DNA of 40,523 bases, from the NCBI GenBank assembly GCA_031255215.1, contig JAIRSY010000065.1, positions 1 through 40,523 on the forward strand. Direction: 5' to 3'. The stretch comes from Christensenellaceae bacterium (GTDB lineage: Bacteria; Bacillota; Clostridia; Christensenellales; UBA1242). Shown one piece after another: positions 36,456-40,523 of the stretch. The translations under genes were made by a program, and so were the position numbers. Within the stretch, counting starts at the first letter, position 1, and the number at the start of each line of letters is the position of its first letter. Below the pieces are notes generated by a model, which saw only the letters and a program-made list of their open reading frames with translations, did not search any database and was not told the origin of the DNA.

Positions 36456-37195
36456 CCTATGTAATATACCCCTGCGGATGCGGTCGCGGCAATAAATAAA
36501 CTTATGAAAAACATCTTCCAATTGCGAAGTGCCATTTGACAGGATATACACACGGGATAGAGTAAATAAAAAACACATAGGGCAATCGCCGTCGGCGGTG
36601 TCAATTCCGTTATGAAGTCAGGATAAAGCAGGAAAACGGAAACCGCCATCTCCTTCGCTACTAAACCAAAAATTAAGGCGGTGATTATAACGGAACCTGT
36701 AATCGCGTGCAAATCAAACACCGTCAGGATAAAACTTGCAATGACAAAACAAACAAAAATTCTAAATATCAATCCAATGGAGTAGTTTAGTGCGTCTTTG
36801 AAATGTAAAGGTGGGCAGTCAAATTTTGGAAAACCTAAAAAAAATATACCGAGTGCAATTATTACGGCGACAAGAGGATACGCCCAAAATCCAAGAATCA
36901 AAAGAAGCAGCGGCCATTTCGCGGAACACGGAATAAGTGTCAAAAAATACTTTTCTTTCGCTTTGGTCCCTTTGGGAAGAGAAGAAATTGCAAGGGTTGT
37001 GCAGGAAAAACCAAGTAAGATAGGGAAAAAACGTTGAAATTGGGGCAGGAACTTTTGAATCAAAAAAAGAAAAAGGAACATTAAGAAGATTTGAGGCAAA
37101 AGACCGCAAAGTGTTTCAAGAGCGGAGAAGAAGTCCATGCCAATGTTTATTTTGGTTGACCTTGAATAATGCCCGCCCGTTATTCCATTCTTCAA
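36440..37195 (-). CDS. FeoB-type membrane (Gate/nucleoside-recognition) domain protein lacking the GTPase domain
   Basis: Polytopic. LIPCSAKWPLLLLI, GLVAKEMAVSVF and FYLLYPVCISCQ resemble the FeoB permease motifs (CSARLP, GLxAKE, LLYxPC). There is no G domain in this ORF or upstream of it. The start is uncertain (TTG 37195 or ATG 37138). Its 3' end overlaps secF by 16 nt. Confidence 0.6.
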   Translation of the reverse strand: MKNGITGGHYSRSTKINIGMDFFSALETLCGLLPQIFLMFLFLFLIQKFLPQFQRFFPILLGFSCTTLAISSLPKGTKAKEKYFLTLIPCSAKWPLLLLILGFWAYPLVAVIIALGIFFLGFPKFDCPPLHFKDALNYSIGLIFRIFVCFVIASFILTVFDLHAITGSVIITALIFGLVAKEMAVSVFLLYPDFITELTPPTAIALCVFYLLYPVCISCQMALRNWKMFFISLFIAATASAGVYYIGQFIL

Positions 37196-37220
37196 AATGT
37201 CATGTAAAACGCCGGCACTT

Positions 37221-37228
37221 CCCCCCCC
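37221..37228 (-). repeat. G8 homopolymer (C8 on the + strand) in the HD / FeoB-like intergenic gap
   Basis: ccccccccta at 37221-37230. The first G of the tract on the minus strand is the third base of the HD gene's TAG stop. Confidence 0.95.
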
Positions 37229-37800
37229 TATTGTCTTATCTCTTCATCTAAATATGCACTTATAAGATCCGCAACGTGTGTCAAAAAGGCAATGGGATAC
37301 ATTTGAAATGCTTTTGCAAGCGTCGAAGACGTGAGGTTGTTGTTCCTCGCATCAAATGCACCCATATGCCAATTGATTGACATCGCTTCATCACGCGTAA
37401 GTTTCATAAAACCGGATACTATGTAAACGGATTTTTCACCATGACCATAAGGTAAAGAATCATTATAGGTATAATATGGAACCTTTACCCATTCATTATT
37501 GACCTTCGAGTTTCGCATTTCAATCTTGTATGTGTTCGCTTTACAAATATCGTGAAGTAACGCGATTATTGCAACACTTTCGGGGCTGATATCAATATTT
37601 TCATCTTGAACAAGTTTAACCAACCGTTTATAAACCTTTATTGAATGTTGAAGAAGTCCGCCCTCGAAATTGCCGTGAAATCTTGTCGATGCGGGTGAAG
37701 TAAAAAAATCCGTCGTTTTAATAAATTCAAGGAGTTCGGCGGCACCTTCCCTTTTAATGTTTTGAGTATAAATTTGTATAAATTCTTCCCTTGCTTCCAT
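37228..37800 (-). CDS. HD-domain phosphohydrolase
   Basis: FHGNFEGGLLQHS, ALLHDICK and YGHGEKS motifs. GGGAG SD 5 nt upstream. TAG stop. Confidence 0.8.
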   Translation of the reverse strand: MEAREEFIQIYTQNIKREGAAELLEFIKTTDFFTSPASTRFHGNFEGGLLQHSIKVYKRLVKLVQDENIDISPESVAIIALLHDICKANTYKIEMRNSKVNNEWVKVPYYTYNDSLPYGHGEKSVYIVSGFMKLTRDEAMSINWHMGAFDARNNNLTSSTLAKAFQMYPIAFLTHVADLISAYLDEEIRQ

Positions 37801-38020
37801 AATTCTCCCATGTTACTTCAAAATAAATTATTTTACAAACGATTTATTTTCAATTTTATTGATTTATTAAGACAAAACGGACATAAACCGAAAAAAAACA
37901 TTTGTTGGTCTGGTCTATCTATGATACGATCAAGTATGACAACGATAAAATTAAAAATCGCAGGGTCCATCTTCTTGGTTGTCGGTGGTGCATTTGCACT
38001 TGAAGGAGAAAATGTATATT

Positions 38021-38860
38021 ATGTCTAAATTGGTTTTTATGGTTGATTCAACTTGTGATGTGCCGAAAAAATTTTTGGAAGATAATGATGTGGTCGTTTT
38101 ACCGCTTAATTATTCAATCGGTGAGGAAGAAAAAGCTTGGCAATGCGGCGATGATGAGGATTTTAAGGTCTTCTATGAAAAAATGGAAAAAGGAGACCTT
38201 GTAAGGACAAGTTTGGTGTCTTATGTATACGCGTATTCCTTTATGGAACCATATTTCAAAAATGGGGACGACATAGTTTTCTTGGGGCTGTCGTCGGGGC
38301 TGTCCTCCACTTGGCAAAATGAATTTAACGCGGGAACGGACCTCGCAAAAAAATATAATTGCCGCTTTTTTGCCCCGGATACAAAACAACCTTCGGCGGC
38401 CGCGTATTTGATACTTAAAGAAATGGTAAAAATAAACAATTTTGATTTAATTACTAAGGAAATTGATAAGTTCTATAAAAATGTGTCAACTTTCTTTACC
38501 GTGTCATCGCTTTCTTATTTGCATCGCAGCGGAAGATTATCAACGACCGCGACACTTATCGGCGGAATGCTTAACATTAAACCGATTATTACCGTTACAA
38601 AAAAAGGAACGCTTGAAAGTATAGGAAAAGTTATGGGAAAAAATAAAAGTATCCAAACAATAGCGAGCCAAGCAAGGAATATAAACAAAAAATATCCGGA
38701 TTGCATAATCGTTCACGCAAATGTAATGGAAGACGCAAAAATGTTGGCGGAAAAGGTGCAGGAAGAATGCGAATACGCGAAGATTGAAATTTGTAACCTT
38801 GGATTTATAATTGGAACGCATACCGGACCCGGAACCTTGGGCCTATGTTACAGAAAATAA
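38021..38860 (+). CDS. DegV-family fatty-acid-binding protein
   Basis: KLVFMVDSTCDVP, LSSGLSSTWQN, YLHRSGRLS, NIKPIITV and GTHTGPGTLGL. The start could be ATG 38021 or 38012 (AGGAG at 38004-08). Confidence 0.9.
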   Translation: MSKLVFMVDSTCDVPKKFLEDNDVVVLPLNYSIGEEEKAWQCGDDEDFKVFYEKMEKGDLVRTSLVSYVYAYSFMEPYFKNGDDIVFLGLSSGLSSTWQNEFNAGTDLAKKYNCRFFAPDTKQPSAAAYLILKEMVKINNFDLITKEIDKFYKNVSTFFTVSSLSYLHRSGRLSTTATLIGGMLNIKPIITVTKKGTLESIGKVMGKNKSIQTIASQARNINKKYPDCIIVHANVMEDAKMLAEKVQEECEYAKIEICNLGFIIGTHTGPGTLGLCYRK

Positions 38861-38876
38861 AAATGCCATCGTGTGC

Positions 38877-39884
38877 CTATGACCTATTCGTTAACATTCG
38901 TTTTGTTCTTATTTTAAGTTCTTTCGCGGTAACATTAAGGGTGAATTTGCCCTTTGACGGTTCTATTTGGATCTTGTCCTTTGTTTGTATGTAATAAAAT
39001 GACTCGGTATCAATGTTCGATACAATTAAAACTTGATTGTTATGACATAAACCATCCGTTGCAATCGCAATCTCATTCGATTTGTTAAGAACAACTATGT
39101 TGATTGCAAGTTGGGAAATGTCAACGTTTTCGCAATATTTTACGACTATAACCCCGTTCTCAATCGCTCCGGATAGAAGTGCCCTATTCGCATCCTGCAA
39201 ATTTTCATAAACCCAAGCCTCACCATCGAAGTTTGTCGCGGTTGAAAGGTTAATGTGATATGCGTCTTTTGGGTATTTTATATCTAATGTATTGAAAACC
39301 TTCTCAAAAAGATAATTGTAGGGCGATTGTTTCGTCAATAAATGTTTGATCGTTTCCCTATTTGAAGCACGAAAAATTGCAAGTTCGGCAACTTGACGGG
39401 CGGCAACGGCGGATTCCGCCGAATTATAGGCAAATGGGTATGTTGGGCAAAGATTATAAGTTTTACATGCCTTGAAAAATTCATCCGCCAAAGAATCGGG
39501 TAAAATTCCGTATTGTTTTTGAAAAATATCCTCGACCGTTTCTCTATCTCGAATCTCTCGAAGTGCAATTTTGGCGTCCAAAGTCAAAAGAGCAGTGTCA
39601 AATCGTGCGTTTATCCCCGTCGGCATGACAACAATCGGACAATTCGTTTTTATACATGCAAGCAATACCGCCGTCGACGGACCGACCTCATCGGTAATTA
39701 AAATAATGCAGTCAAAGTCGTTGCTCTTGATAATCAATTCGCAATACCCCGTCATGACCTCTATATTTGATAGGTTGGCAAGTTGAAAAATATGCGTTTT
39801 TCCAAGGGCAAAATCCTCGATTATCGGGGAAATATCCCTGTCGGAGGCGGCGTTTATTATGCCGATTTTTTCTTTAATTAACAT
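38877..39884 (-). CDS. degenerate, shortened IlvD/Edd-family (dihydroxy-acid dehydratase-like) protein
   Basis: Collinear with IlvD. [10 protein letters not shown] aligns with [43 protein letters not shown] aligns with [66 protein letters not shown] aligns with [43 protein letters not shown] aligns with [37 protein letters not shown] aligns with the IlvD C-terminus. TAG stop. I chose ATG 39884 over GTG 39902. Confidence 0.65.
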   Translation of the reverse strand: [335 protein letters not shown]

Positions 39885-39892
39885 CAAAAAAT

Positions 39893-39901
39893 ATTGTATC
39901 A
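39893..39901 (-). promoter_or_regulatory. extended -10 (TGaTACAAT on the minus strand) 8 nt upstream of ATG 39884
   Basis: The minus strand reads ...ttgtGATACAATattttttgATGtta. There is no SD between the box and the ATG. Confidence 0.4.
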
Positions 39902-39959
39902 CAATAATGCTATTTACGGCAATAAAAATAAAATGACCTTCGGGTATATTAAAAATATC

Positions 39960-39988
39960 TTGACAAAAAATGTCTTCTATGTTATAAT
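39960..39988 (+). promoter_or_regulatory. consensus sigma-A promoter for the 40032 gene
   Basis: TTGACA (39960-65), a 17-nt spacer ending in TGt, then TATAAT (39983-88). The leader of about 40 nt contains AAGGAG (40013-18). Confidence 0.6.
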
Positions 39989-40031
39989 TTTATCGAAAAA
40001 ATAATGAAAAATAAGGAGTGAATCATATAAA

Positions 40032-40436
40032 ATGGGAGAAAAATTAAAAAAGTTTGCAAAAGTAGTAGTGATGGGATCCGCGATCGGCACACTTTCCACC
40101 GTCCTTGTGACCCAATGTACGGGGGGACTGGAATTGGGAAACGATTTCAAAAAGGACAATACAACACAATCGTTTGCGGAATCAAATTCAATTACTATGA
40201 AAGAAATAAAAGCGACACTTCGCATGAAAAATGTCCCCGATGAAATTATTCGGGAAGTCGTTAATTATTTGCTTCAACATAATATATCACAGACCGAAAA
40301 AGAAAGGATTCAAGAGGAATTTTTGCAGGTCCTTGTGGCGGGCGGCATTATATTTACCTGTTCCGCTTTGTTCGCCGCGTTGGATGCAATCTACGCAAAA
40401 CGTAATAAAAAATTAAATCATGAAAGGCAAATGTAA
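40032..40436 (+). CDS. hypothetical membrane protein (N- and C-terminal hydrophobic segments)
   Basis: Promoter and SD lie upstream. Hydrophobic segments are VVMGSAIGTLSTVLV and VLVAGGIIFTCSALFAALDAIY. No family recognised. Confidence 0.5.
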   Translation: MGEKLKKFAKVVVMGSAIGTLSTVLVTQCTGGLELGNDFKKDNTTQSFAESNSITMKEIKATLRMKNVPDEIIREVVNYLLQHNISQTEKERIQEEFLQVLVAGGIIFTCSALFAALDAIYAKRNKKLNHERQM

Positions 40437-40487
40437 CCCCTCTTTTACCCCAAAGTATTAAGAAAATTAAAATAACCAAAAAATCGT

Positions 40488-40515
40488 TTGACATTCCATA
40501 AATCTTGCGTATACT
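40488..40515 (+). promoter_or_regulatory. sigma-A-type promoter for a gene beyond the right window edge
   Basis: TTGACA (40488-93), a 16-nt spacer, then TATACT (40510-15). The window ends 8 nt later. Confidence 0.5.
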
Positions 40516-40523
40516 CTTTTATA

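Noticed and set aside
37936-38028. A 30-aa hydrophobic mini-ORF (MTTIKLKIAGSIFLVVGGAFALEGENVYYV) whose stop overlaps the degV start (ATGTCTAA), suggesting a coupled leader peptide.
   Set aside because: It has no SD and no convincing promoter spacing. The region also contains the degV SD. Without conservation or expression data it cannot be distinguished from a chance ORF.
1-40523. A scan for mobile elements, defence systems, CRISPR arrays, tRNA/rRNA genes, toxin-antitoxin pairs, reverse transcriptases and biosynthetic clusters.
   Set aside because: I recognised no transposase, integrase, recombinase, Cas, restriction-modification, RT or NRPS/PKS motif in any sizeable ORF. I also saw no tRNA-like T-loop/acceptor pattern and no spaced repeat array. 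The window is essentially housekeeping, apart from the giant surface protein.

Overview
This is an AT-rich 40.5-kb chromosomal segment that reads like the core genome of an endospore-forming Bacillota (Clostridia-type) bacterium. It holds about 36 protein genes. I recognise no rRNA, tRNA, CRISPR array, transposase, integrase or phage genes. Gene order, left to right: an FtsL-position membrane protein and a class B PBP; a SipL/SpoVID-like DUF3794-LysM protein directly followed by pro-sigma-K; a class A PBP (-); a MiaB-like methylthiotransferase, mutS and mutL; a P-type ATPase; ftsZ; rpsF-ssb-rpsR; a GC-rich non-coding block; infB-rbfA-nrnA; a 1726-aa membrane-anchored surface protein (Listeria-Bacteroides-type repeats plus BspA-type LRRs); alr and a ylbJ-like gene (-); a nucleoside-phosphorylase-family gene, rpoZ and priA; a SEDS (FtsW/RodA/SpoVE) gene broken by one in-frame TAG; a small Cys-rich ORF; def (-); an acidic-tailed lipoprotein; secD-secF; a FeoB-membrane-domain-only protein and an HD hydrolase (-); degV; a degenerate IlvD/Edd-like protein (-); and a small membrane protein. 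I did not find a convincing novel multi-gene system (defence, secretion or biosynthesis). Six things are most worth a second look. (1) A recurrent geometry in which a -10 box ends 6-8 nt before the ATG with no Shine-Dalgarno, suggesting leaderless mRNAs for rpsF, infB, secD, mutS and others. (2) An amber codon at a conserved Lys position of the SEDS gene. (3) A ~180-nt, ~55% GC, structured-looking element between rpsR and infB. (4) An IlvD/Edd homologue that has lost its cluster and catalytic motifs. (5) Pervasive shortening of housekeeping proteins. (6) The giant surface protein where the conserved infB-operon synteny normally continues. All homology calls rest on motif recognition by eye, not on database searches.
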